NCBI GenBank assembly: GCA_965216155.1
Contig: CBDCFD010000005.1
Coordinates: 149,569 to 213,568, forward strand
Direction of reading: 5' to 3'
Length of the DNA: 64,000 nucleotides
Source of the DNA: Dehalococcoidia bacterium
GTDB taxonomy: Bacteria; Chloroflexota; Dehalococcoidia; Lucifugimonadales; UBA3495
Below are positions 52,934-61,383 of the stretch, in pieces. Position 1 is the stretch's first letter. The number at the start of each line of letters is the position of its first letter. The position numbers and the translations under genes are program-made. The notes under the pieces are model-generated. The model ran no database searches. It saw nothing but the letters and a program-made list of their open reading frames with translations, and was not told where the DNA came from.

Positions 52934-54424
52934 CTACTCCATTAACGGCCTGGCCTCATGCCAGGTGGTCGCCTGCTCATAGGCGTAGGCGATGCGCAGC
53001 AGGCGTTGTTCCGACAGATGCGGGCCGATTAGCTGCATCCCAACCGGAAGGCCCTGGGAGAAACCGCAAGGGACGGATATGGCCGGGAGGCCCGCTATAT
53101 TGACGGGCAAGGTACATACGTCGATCAGGTACATCTCCACCGGGTTGTCAGTCTTGGATCCCAGGGGAAACGCCACCACGGGCGACGTGGGAGTGACCAG
53201 CGCGTCCACCTGCTGGAAGACCCGCTCGAATTCTTGCCGGATAAGCGTCCTCACCTGCTGGGCTTTCAAGTAATAGGCGTCGTAATAGCCCGCCGACAGT
53301 GCGTACGCTCCCAGCATAATCCGGCGTTTAACCTCCAGGCCAAACCCGATTCGGCGGGTCTGTTCCATCGCCTCCCACATGTCTTCCGTGTCTTGGAAGG
53401 AATACCCGTATTTCACGCCGTCGTACCGCGCCAGGTTGGCGGAACACTCCGACGGCGCGATGATGTAATAACAGGCAAGGGCGTACCGTGTGGTGGGAAG
53501 GGAAACGGGCTCGACCACCGCGCCCAGGGATTCCAAAGTCTCGATCGCCGCCTGAATTGATTCCCTGACGCCTGCCTCCATACCCTCCACGAAGTATTCT
53601 TCGGGCACTCCCAGGCGTAGCGCACCTTGGGTGCCTCTGGAAGCAAATGGTGTCGAAGAGTCGCCGCCTAGGCCCGCCGCCATGTCTGGAATTGGCACGT
53701 TCAGGCAGGTGGAATCCCTTGGGTCCGGGCCGGCAATTGCATTCAGGACTAGGGCGCAATCGGTGACGTCATGGGTGATGGGGCCGATTTGGTCCAGGGA
53801 CGATGCGTAGGCGATTAAACCGTATCGGCTAACCAACCCGTAGGTCGGCTTGAGGCCCACCGTACCGCACATGGCTGAGGGTTGGCGGATGCTGCCTCCG
53901 GTGTCGGACCCTAAGGCGTACACTGCCTCCCCTGATGCGACCGCCGCTGCCCCGCCGCCGCTGCTGCCTCCGGGGACCCGCTCAGTGTTCCAAGGGTTGC
54001 GGGTTGGGAAAAAGGCCGAATTCTCGCACGAAGACCCCATGCCGAACTCGTCCATGTTCCCTTTGCCAAGCAGTACCGCGCCCTGCCCGAACAACCTGGC
54101 GGCAACCGTGGCATCGTACACCGGGACGTAGTCCTCCAGCATTCGGGAGGAGCAGGACGTAGTGACGCCCTTCGTGCAGATAAGGTCCTTTATCTGCATG
54201 GGTATGCCGGTGAGGGGACCGGCGCCGCCCGCAGCTATGCGCCGGTCGGCTTCTCCGGCTTGCTGGCGGGCCAGTTCGGGGGTGACGGTGACGAAAGCCT
54301 TGAGCCGGTCATCCTGCCTTTGTATTTGCTCCAGGCAAGCCTCGGTCAGTTCCACCGAGCTTAGCTCCCGCCGGGACAAGCTTGCGGCGGCTTCTTGGAT
54401 AGTCAGGGGCAGTCCAGCGAGCAC
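52934..54424 (-). CDS. gatA: Glu-tRNA(Gln)/Asp-tRNA(Asn) amidotransferase subunit A
   Basis: Amidase signature GGSSGGGAAAVA, 496 aa. Confidence 0.95.
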   Translation of the reverse strand: MLAGLPLTIQEAAASLSRRELSSVELTEACLEQIQRQDDRLKAFVTVTPELARQQAGEADRRIAAGGAGPLTGIPMQIKDLICTKGVTTSCSSRMLEDYVPVYDATVAARLFGQGAVLLGKGNMDEFGMGSSCENSAFFPTRNPWNTERVPGGSSGGGAAAVASGEAVYALGSDTGGSIRQPSAMCGTVGLKPTYGLVSRYGLIAYASSLDQIGPITHDVTDCALVLNAIAGPDPRDSTCLNVPIPDMAAGLGGDSSTPFASRGTQGALRLGVPEEYFVEGMEAGVRESIQAAIETLESLGAVVEPVSLPTTRYALACYYIIAPSECSANLARYDGVKYGYSFQDTEDMWEAMEQTRRIGFGLEVKRRIMLGAYALSAGYYDAYYLKAQQVRTLIRQEFERVFQQVDALVTPTSPVVAFPLGSKTDNPVEMYLIDVCTLPVNIAGLPAISVPCGFSQGLPVGMQLIGPHLSEQRLLRIAYAYEQATTWHEARPLME

Positions 54425-54425
54425 G

Positions 54426-54716
54426 CTACTCCTCCAACACCGCTTTCACCCGAAAATATTCCCCTTCTCGGCGGGGCGCATTGCTAAGCGTATCCTCAGG
54501 CGCCTGGGAGTCCTGGGGCTCGTCCTCCCGCAGAACGCCATGCACGTTCACGGCGTGGCCCGTGGGCTGGACGCCCGTTGTGTCCAGCTCGTCTAGGACC
54601 TCGAACTGCTCGAGGATATGGGAGAGTTGCTGCCGGAACATTTCGATTTCTTCTTCCGAGAGTCCAATCCGGGCCAGCGACGCGATGTGCTCTACCTGTT
54701 CGCGGTCGAGGGGCAT
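54426..54716 (-). CDS. gatC: amidotransferase subunit C
   Basis: Internal ATG (complement of 54714-54716) gives MPLDREQVEHIASLARIGLSEEE. Confidence 0.9.
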   Translation of the reverse strand: MPLDREQVEHIASLARIGLSEEEIEMFRQQLSHILEQFEVLDELDTTGVQPTGHAVNVHGVLREDEPQDSQAPEDTLSNAPRREGEYFRVKAVLEE

Positions 54717-54788
54717 ATCAAATCCTCTGTGGCCAGTGGCCGGTTGCCGGTGGTCAGTTTCCGCCGGCCACACGTGCCTGTCCACGTG

Positions 54789-54837
54789 CCACTGGCGACT
54801 GACCACTGGCCACTGGCCACTAGCCACTAGCCACTGA
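54789..54837. repeat. heptanucleotide tandem repeat (CCACTRG) x7
   Basis: ccactgg cgactga ccactgg ccactgg ccactag ccactag ccactga, located between the SDR stop and the gatC upstream region. Confidence 0.85.
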
Positions 54838-54841
54838 CAGC

Positions 54842-55690
54842 CTAGTGCATCTGTGTGCCGCCGGAAACGCTTATTGCGAGACCGGTCAGGAAGTCGGACT
54901 CCGCCGACGCAAGAAACGCGGCTGTGCGGGCGATGTCGTCACCCACGGCGACCCTGCCCAGCGGAGCAGCCTGGGACCGCTCCCTGATCATCAAGGCGCG
55001 GTGCTCTTCCGCGGACTGGCCTTCGGGCGCAAGGGCGGCGGCGATGAAGTCGTAACGCTCGGTATCGACCATTCCGGGGCAGATGGCGTTGACGTTGACT
55101 TTATGGGGCCCCATCTCTTCGGCGAGGGATTGGGTAAAGCCGATGAGCGCAAACTTTGAAGAGCAGTAGGCTGCGAAATGCGAGCGCCCCCTCAATCCGG
55201 CTCCTGAGGAGATGATTATGATCTTACCGCCTCCCCCCCGCTTGATCATGTGCTGGGACACGGCCTTGGAGACCAGGTAGGTCCCCCGCAAGTTGACCCG
55301 GATCACTTCGTCGAAGGCGTCCTCCTCCAAGTCTACCACCAGCACCCTGTCCCGTCCGGGCTGAGAGCCGGCGTTGTTGACCAGGATGTCGATGTGTCCG
55401 AACCGCTCCAGCGTTGTGTTGACCATTTCGGCCACCTGGGCGCTGTCGGACACGTCGGAATATAGACCCAATGCCTGCCGCCCAATGTCTTCAATCTCTT
55501 CGATGACGCTGGGGAGTCCCCGCCAACCAGCCTGGCGGTCTTCCTCTCGCATTCGTTCGACGCTGCGTTGGATGTCGGTAACCACCACATCGGCCCCTTC
55601 CTGGGCCAACCGGAGAGCGATCGCCCTGCCGATGCCGTGGCGTCCGCCTCCGCCGGTCACTAATGCAACTTTGCCCTCTAGGTCGTACAT
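54842..55690 (-). CDS. SDR family oxidoreductase
   Basis: ATG (complement of 55688-55690). TGGGGRHGIG, NNAG and YCSSK motifs. Confidence 0.9.
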   Translation of the reverse strand: MYDLEGKVALVTGGGGRHGIGRAIALRLAQEGADVVVTDIQRSVERMREEDRQAGWRGLPSVIEEIEDIGRQALGLYSDVSDSAQVAEMVNTTLERFGHIDILVNNAGSQPGRDRVLVVDLEEDAFDEVIRVNLRGTYLVSKAVSQHMIKRGGGGKIIIISSGAGLRGRSHFAAYCSSKFALIGFTQSLAEEMGPHKVNVNAICPGMVDTERYDFIAAALAPEGQSAEEHRALMIRERSQAAPLGRVAVGDDIARTAAFLASAESDFLTGLAISVSGGTQMH

Positions 55691-55824
55691 CTCACTATTC
55701 CACCTTTGGCTTAGAGTCTTGCTCGGATACATGGCCCGTCACTGCAAACATGCGGGCCAATTTAATATTCCCGACGTGATTTTACCACCGGCGGGAGCGG
55801 CGCAGCGGGAACACCGGGCCGAGG

Positions 55825-55908
55825 CCAGGGAACCGGGTCTGGTCCTCGGGAGACGGAGGTGGCGCCCAGGGGGGCTTCCCGTTATTCTGGCTAGAGCCGG
55901 TTCCCTGG
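55825..55908. repeat. perfect 12-bp inverted repeat enclosing 60 nt (intergenic stem-loop)
   Basis: ccagggaaccgg (55825-55836) pairs with ccggttccctgg (55897-55908). Confidence 0.6.
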
Positions 55909-56062
55909 ATGTCCTTCCATCACCGCCCTTCCCCATGCCGGATATGTCCGGGTCTCAGCCCTTGCCTGAAGGACGAGTGATGGCGAAGAGTGTTGAGAAC
56001 GAGCGGGACTCCGAATCTGGCCGGATGATTGCCGGGGTGGTCTCGCAGACTCTGGGCGGCGT

Positions 56063-56974
56063 TTACTTGTACCAGGTATCTCCGGCAGGAGGCCAGGGGT
56101 TCTCCGCGTCCAACACCTGGGACAATTGGGTGAACACACCCCGCATCGCCCGAGGATGCAGCCAGATGCTGTTGAATCCCAGATTGGTATAGTTCTCAGT
56201 GACGCGGGAAGAGGTATAGCGGACGCCCTGGTTCTTCAAGCGGTCATCCATCGCCAGGGAGTCGTCGATTTGGTAGATGGTCAGGTATATCCCTTCGCCG
56301 TACCTATCGAGGAAGCGGGCAGAAGTGGTATCGGCGCTGGTTGGCTGGGCCAACTCTATGAAGCTGTCCATACCGGCCATTGGAATCACCGCAATTTCAA
56401 GATCGGTGAAACTGATCTGGAACCGCTGCGTAGCCCGGAGGCCGAACATCTCCTCCCACCGCTGGACTGCCTGGTCGAGGTCCCGCACCAGAATGGCCGA
56501 CTGCCGGAGTTGACGGGTCTGGGGATGCCAGTCCTTCTTGTACCAATCTGGTCCGGCGGCGGGCCAGGGGTTCTCGGGATGGTTGACCTCTATAATTTCG
56601 AGGAACGCGCCGTTGGCCGAGGAGGGGTGGACGAATGCCGACTTATGGCTGTCGCTTCGCGTTTCTCCTGTGATTCGCACATCCAGCGACTTGAGGTGTG
56701 AGATGAGGCCGTCGAAATCTTTTGTCTCGAAAATTAGCAGGTAAGGCGCTTCGCCGCGCCGGGCCAGGAAGCGTCCCCCGGCCGAGTCGGGAGATGTTGG
56801 CTGAAGAAGCTCGACGAAAGTACCCCCACCGGCGGGAAGGACCATGTTGGTGAGGGAAAACTGGGTCAACTCCCCCGAAGTAGAGGGCTCCATGCCCAGG
56901 ACGTTACTGTACAGGCCGGCCGCACTGGCCAGATCGTCTACCAGAAACGCTGCCTGACGCAGCTTATGAAGCAC
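56063..56974 (-). CDS. two-domain VOC (glyoxalase/dioxygenase/epimerase) family protein
   Basis: 303 aa made of duplicated beta-alpha-beta-beta-beta modules (FLEIIE, FIELAQP). Confidence 0.75.
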   Translation of the reverse strand: MLHKLRQAAFLVDDLASAAGLYSNVLGMEPSTSGELTQFSLTNMVLPAGGGTFVELLQPTSPDSAGGRFLARRGEAPYLLIFETKDFDGLISHLKSLDVRITGETRSDSHKSAFVHPSSANGAFLEIIEVNHPENPWPAAGPDWYKKDWHPQTRQLRQSAILVRDLDQAVQRWEEMFGLRATQRFQISFTDLEIAVIPMAGMDSFIELAQPTSADTTSARFLDRYGEGIYLTIYQIDDSLAMDDRLKNQGVRYTSSRVTENYTNLGFNSIWLHPRAMRGVFTQLSQVLDAENPWPPAGDTWYK

Positions 56975-56983
56975 TGGCCGCGC

Positions 56984-57406
56984 CTATTCCTTCGAGGGCA
57001 GGGCGACTATGGCTTTGCCGCCTACGTATCGCTCACCCTCGGTGCCGGTCATCAGTATGTCGCACTCGACCAAGTTTTCGCCATCTTCCTGCCGGGTGTC
57101 GGTGACCGTGGCCGATACTGTAAGGGTCCGATGGTGGGGAACAGGCTGGCGGAAGACCAGGTCCAGGTCTCTGACCGCATCGGGGCCCGCCCAGTCAGTC
57201 AGCAGCCGGGCCATGATGCCCATCGACATAATCCCGGGCACGATTGGCCCCGGAAGACGCGCCTGCTCGGCGGTCTCCCGGTCGGTGAAACGGTTCGGCA
57301 TTTGGCTCTGCCAGACTGTGCAAAATGAGACCACTCCGTCGTCGGTGGCCTCAGTTTCCAGGGGACCGATTTCGTCCCCCAAGTCTACGTCTTCGAAATA
57401 GACCAA
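56984..57406 (-). CDS. MaoC-like hotdog dehydratase
   Basis: 140 aa with the PGIMSMGIMARLLTDW hotdog helix. Confidence 0.85.
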   Translation of the reverse strand: MVYFEDVDLGDEIGPLETEATDDGVVSFCTVWQSQMPNRFTDRETAEQARLPGPIVPGIMSMGIMARLLTDWAGPDAVRDLDLVFRQPVPHHRTLTVSATVTDTRQEDGENLVECDILMTGTEGERYVGGKAIVALPSKE

Positions 57407-57469
57407 TTCTCCTACTCCTGAGGGTATGATCCTGGCTGGCCGGAGCCGGGAGGTGTGCGGGTTTCCCCG

Positions 57470-57919
57470 TCACTCGCGGCGGGCGAAGGACTCCTGGACG
57501 TCGGCAACCACATTGCCGTCCTGGTTCCTGAAGGTGGTCTCCCAGACTACAAACACCATCGTGCCGGACCTTCCCGTCTTGGCGTAAACGTCCTTCAGAT
57601 GGGAAGAGGCGGTAAGGGAGTCTCCCGCAACAATAGGCGCGCGGTACTGCACCCGCTGGCCGGCGTGCATCGAGCTGCGGCCAAACTGGAGGTTGATGTC
57701 CGGCAGCTTGACCTTGTTTACCAGGACCGTGCAGAAAGTGGGCGGTGCGACCACGTCGCGATAGCCCTCGACCTGCGCCGCCGCCTCATCGACGTGGATC
57801 TGGCCGTTTTCGCCCAGCCCCGTGCTGAAGCCCTTGATCTGCTCCCTGGAAATCTCGAAGGGACCGGCCTCGTGCTCAACACCGTATAGGGACCGGTTAT
57901 ATTCCAACTCCATTACCAT
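57470..57919 (-). CDS. MaoC N-terminal-type hotdog protein (partner subunit)
   Basis: ATG (complement of 57917-57919) after GAGGGA, with a YRDVVAPPTF motif. Confidence 0.75.
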   Translation of the reverse strand: MVMELEYNRSLYGVEHEAGPFEISREQIKGFSTGLGENGQIHVDEAAAQVEGYRDVVAPPTFCTVLVNKVKLPDINLQFGRSSMHAGQRVQYRAPIVAGDSLTASSHLKDVYAKTGRSGTMVFVVWETTFRNQDGNVVADVQESFARRE

Positions 57920-57994
57920 GTGTCTAATCCCTCGCTTGCTTCTTGCCGTGGGTCCGGTTTCTGGTGGCAGTCCCGGCACCGGGCCAGGAGATAT

Positions 57995-58717
57995 TTATGC
58001 GGGACCGCTGTCCTTGGTTTCTTCCAGCCAAACAGGGTGGAACTGCTCAGAGAGCAGGGCATCCACCAGGTCGTGCTCGTTCCTTATAGCCTGCGGGAAT
58101 TGGGTGAGACAGGTGGCGATATGGCTGGTCAGGTGGGCGTCACTGCCGCCAATGCCCAGGTAACCGTGGGAGTCGCATAGCTCCCAAGCCCGCTCGTTCT
58201 CTCCCGGCCTGCTGCCCCCATTGAGCCGTTCGACGATATGAACATCGTCGAACACTTCACCCTGCTGGACGTACTCCGTTAGCCCGATGCCGAACCTACC
58301 CGGGTGAGCAGGGAGGGCAATCGCCCCGTGATGGCGGGCCGCCTTCATCAACTCGCGGGAGTCCATCCTCACGTCGCCGAAGTTTATTTCGTTGGTAAGC
58401 GGCTCGGTCACACCGTAAACCAGGAAGTGACCGTACCGGGTATCCAATTCGGACCCCTTTAGGACCATGACGCCGTACTGCTGGGCCAGGGCGGAGTAGT
58501 CGAGGTCGTAATCGAATTTGCGGTGCTCGGTCAGCACTATGCCGTCTACGGTGTGTCCCCTCTTGCGCAGGACCGCGATCCACTTCAGGTATTGCTCCAC
58601 GGTGGCCCTGGAGTCGTCCGAGGACACGGAATGGCTATGCAGATCGAGGTACATGGAAGAGACATCGCCTCCAGGACTGGGATGGGGCTGCCACGAATCA
58701 TAATACGTGCTGGTCAT
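57995..58717 (-). CDS. PHP-domain metal-dependent phosphoesterase
   Basis: MYLDLHSHSVSSDD...LPAHPGR...GGSDAH. The start may instead be at 58654. Confidence 0.8.
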   Translation of the reverse strand: MTSTYYDSWQPHPSPGGDVSSMYLDLHSHSVSSDDSRATVEQYLKWIAVLRKRGHTVDGIVLTEHRKFDYDLDYSALAQQYGVMVLKGSELDTRYGHFLVYGVTEPLTNEINFGDVRMDSRELMKAARHHGAIALPAHPGRFGIGLTEYVQQGEVFDDVHIVERLNGGSRPGENERAWELCDSHGYLGIGGSDAHLTSHIATCLTQFPQAIRNEHDLVDALLSEQFHPVWLEETKDSGPA

Positions 58718-58860
58718 CGATTCATCAACTCAGGACTTGAAAAGCTCAAAAATTGAAAAGGTGGTATGCTCGATAGGCGGAGACTAATCCTCCATCCGCC
58801 TTCGCGACTAATCGTGCGCGTCCGCATAACCCGCCGCAACATACCCGGAGGCAGTGCAAA

Positions 58861-59487
58861 TTGGACAGTGTGTTTATCTATTGGGACAATTCCAATATTT
58901 TCCACGAAGCTCAGCGTCTTGCTGAAGAGCGAAGCGAAGGAATGAACGCGCGGTACCGGGTTCGCATTAACTTCGACAATCTACTCCGTCTGGCACACGC
59001 CGACCGCCCTCTACAGCGGGCGATTGCCGCCGGCTCCGTGCCGCCGGGATTGCGCCAACTATGGAATCGAATGGAGAGCAATGGCGTGGAAGTCCAATTG
59101 TTCGATCGAGGTAGTCCCGAAAGGGGTGAACAAGAAATGCCCGACCGTCTGTTACAGTTGCACATGCTGGAAGACGCTCTGGACTTCAATGGTAACCCTG
59201 GAATCGTGGTCTTGCTGACTGGCGACGGCGCTGGATACTTGGAAGGCGCGGGTTTTCATAGCACGTTGGAGAGGATGCACCGGCGGAGCTGGCGGGTGGA
59301 GATTCTGTCATGGGCGCACTTTTGCAACCAGAGAATGCGCAGATGGGCGGAAGAAAATGGCGTCTTTGTTGCGTTGGACGAATTCTACGAAGCCATTACA
59401 TTTATGGAACCTTCCAGGCCGGGATTTGAATTCGCGGCTGGCCGTGACTCCGCGATACTGGACTTGTCAGCGAGGCCCGCAGCATGA
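58861..59487 (+). CDS. NYN (LabA/DUF88-like) domain protein
   Basis: TTG start 9 nt after GGAGG. VFIYWDNSNIF...VVLLTGDGAG pattern of NYN ribonuclease-fold proteins. Confidence 0.7.
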   Translation: MDSVFIYWDNSNIFHEAQRLAEERSEGMNARYRVRINFDNLLRLAHADRPLQRAIAAGSVPPGLRQLWNRMESNGVEVQLFDRGSPERGEQEMPDRLLQLHMLEDALDFNGNPGIVVLLTGDGAGYLEGAGFHSTLERMHRRSWRVEILSWAHFCNQRMRRWAEENGVFVALDEFYEAITFMEPSRPGFEFAAGRDSAILDLSARPAA

Positions 59488-59511
59488 GACCGGACTGCGG
59501 GCCAGTTCCAT

Positions 59512-60093
59512 TTATATATTCGTGCTGCCCGCCAGCCATTGGTTGAACCGGTAACCGAGCGTGACTGGGTCGTCCAAAAGCAGGGGCACACGCGCGTTTC
59601 CGGGAGCTATTTTCATGTGAATGAAGCACGGCCCTTGAACTTCCGACGCCTCGGTCATGGCCTGTTTCAGCTCCGCTAGACCGGAAGCGCGCCAAGTCCG
59701 AAGCCCGCAACTTTCCGCGATGCCGGCGAGGTCGAGTTTCGTAGAGAAGGTGTATTGGCCGCCGGTGGAGGCGTAGCTCTCATTGTCCAGGACGATGAGG
59801 AGGAAGTATAGCGGCTGCAGGAATCCCACGGTGGCTAGCGCGTTGAGGTTCGTAAGCATTCCGCCGTCGCCCTCGACCCCGACGACCTTGCGTCCGGCTT
59901 CTCCCTCCATCCCAAGGGCGAGGCCCAAGACTACCGGCGTGACGATCCCCATGGTATCCACGATGTAGTAGTGGTTTTCACGACGGTCTACCGCCGCCAT
60001 CTCCCGGCAGGTCGCCCCGCAGGTCAACACCACCGGGTCATCGGGGAAGTGCTGGGAGATGAGGGAGAGGGAATCAATCCTGGAGGCGGGCAC
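59512..60093 (-). CDS. TPP-dependent decarboxylase beta subunit (second pair)
   Basis: GDGGMLTNLN motif, GTG start. Confidence 0.8.
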   Translation of the reverse strand: MPASRIDSLSLISQHFPDDPVVLTCGATCREMAAVDRRENHYYIVDTMGIVTPVVLGLALGMEGEAGRKVVGVEGDGGMLTNLNALATVGFLQPLYFLLIVLDNESYASTGGQYTFSTKLDLAGIAESCGLRTWRASGLAELKQAMTEASEVQGPCFIHMKIAPGNARVPLLLDDPVTLGYRFNQWLAGSTNI

Positions 60094-60116
60094 GGGCGCG
60101 TCACGCTCCTAATTTA

Positions 60117-60179
60117 CATGGATGCACAGGATATACAGGATAAAATAAGCAGAAATCCTGTATATCCTGTGCATCCATG
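60117..60179. repeat. perfect 25-bp inverted repeat (palindromic element copy 1)
   Basis: catggatgcacaggatatacaggat, a 13-nt loop, then atcctgtatatcctgtgcatccatg. It lies between the alpha and beta subunit genes. Confidence 0.9.
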
Positions 60180-60185
60180 TTTGAA

Positions 60186-60695
60186 TTATTCCTTCAAGTT
60201 CAGAAACATTACGATGGGGCGGTTGGTCATGTAGGCGTATTCGAACGCCTGCTCGATGGCCCGGGGCCATGATTCTAAAGGCACCCGGTAGTCCAGGACG
60301 AAGGCCTTGATTTTCATGGTCTCGACCATGTCGATTGCCGATTCGGAGAAGTTAAAATTGGCCGCGTTAAACTCGCCGAAACCGCCCCTGCGAATGGCCA
60401 TAAGCAGCAGAGGAGAGTGGTAGGCCATGGCGTAGGTGGTCAACGCTCCGATGGAGTTCCCTAGCCCCGTATCCTGATAGAAGAGCACAGCCTTCTTGCC
60501 GGTCATAGCCAGGCCGGAGGCGATGCCGATACCCTCTTCCTCCCGGGCCACAGGGAAGGAATGCACGCCGGGGTCATCTTCAAAGTGGGAGATGACCGGA
60601 GCGCCGAAGCTGTCGGGGACATGGATGAAGTAATCGAGGCCGATGGCCTCCAGTCCTTCAATCACCGCATCGCAAGCGTCTTCCGCGTAACCCAA
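60186..60695 (-). CDS. TPP-dependent decarboxylase alpha subunit (second pair)
   Basis: VAREEEGIGIASG PYR domain, probable TTG start. Confidence 0.8.
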   Translation of the reverse strand: MGYAEDACDAVIEGLEAIGLDYFIHVPDSFGAPVISHFEDDPGVHSFPVAREEEGIGIASGLAMTGKKAVLFYQDTGLGNSIGALTTYAMAYHSPLLLMAIRRGGFGEFNAANFNFSESAIDMVETMKIKAFVLDYRVPLESWPRAIEQAFEYAYMTNRPIVMFLNLKE

Positions 60696-60741
60696 TGCTC
60701 AGCTTCCCTATAGAAATCCGAGTCTGTGAGAGTGATTCAAA

Positions 60742-60788
60742 CATGGATACACAGGATTAGGTTTTTGTTTCCATCCTGTGCATCCATG
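60742..60788. repeat. palindromic element copy 2 (16-bp arms, one mismatch)
   Basis: catggatAcacaggat, a 15-nt loop, then atcctgtgcatccatg. It shares the core with copy 1. Confidence 0.85.
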
Positions 60789-60842
60789 TGAATTAGTGGT
60801 ATTCCTCAACCTCAAGGGCAAGGTTGATCGTATGAATTGATT

Positions 60843-61300
60843 GGGGAGAGCCGGGCAGACCTGTAAGCCGGGTTCTGTATCCGCCTGAAGCGGACGGTGA
60901 CCATCTATCTAGCCCTCCCGCTGACCTGTTAGGCCAGGGGATCCCACGACGGTGGAACGATGTTGCCATCGGGGTCAAGCAGCCAACCCGGGGACGGGAC
61001 GGGCGCCCATAGTCCCTCTATTCGGCCTTGCTCCAGGTGGGGTTTAGCCGTCGCTGCGTCACCGCAGACGACCGGACGCTCTTACCGTCCGATTTCACCC
61101 TTATCCGCCCCGGCGCCAAGAGTGCGCGGGGAGGACGGTATGTTTCTGTGCCACTTTCCGTCCCAAACGGCGGCCTCACGGCGGCCGAATGGGCCTGGGA
61201 GTTACCCAGCACCCTTGCCCGGCGGAGCCCGGACTTTCCTCCCCGGCGACCCGTGTTAGGGGACGCCGCGGCGGCCACCCGGAATGCCAGGCCCTCTCCG
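60843..61300 (-). ncRNA. rnpB: RNase P RNA (bacterial type A)
   Basis: Minus-strand GGGGAGGAAAGUCCGGGCUC (complement of 61225-61244), GGGUGAAAUCGGACGGUAAGAGCGUCCGGUC (complement of 61070-61100), and ACAGAACCCGGCUUACAGGUCUGCCC (complement of 60853-60878). P1 pairs GGAGAG with CUCUCC. The ends are approximate. Confidence 0.85.
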
Positions 61301-61383
61301 AGAGGCAATGTAGCATAAGGGTATATGGGGGTCAAGAAAGGGAGAGTATGCGGCAGGGCAGCGGCGGGTCGGGGCCGAGGGAG

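Noticed and set aside
54717-54827. N-terminal extension of gatC (MASGQWPVVSRQW...).
   Set aside because: It is a translation of the heptamer repeat. GatC family proteins are ~95 aa, and an RBS precedes the internal ATG at 54716.
55825-55908. Possible 4.5S/SRP RNA (long hairpin).
   Set aside because: It lacks the conserved GGAA tetraloop and AGCAGCC symmetric-loop sequence on either strand.
60117-60788. Possible CRISPR or other array formed by the repeated 16-25-nt sequences.
   Set aside because: There are only two copies, each is itself a palindrome, they are separated by a normal gene, and there are no cas genes.
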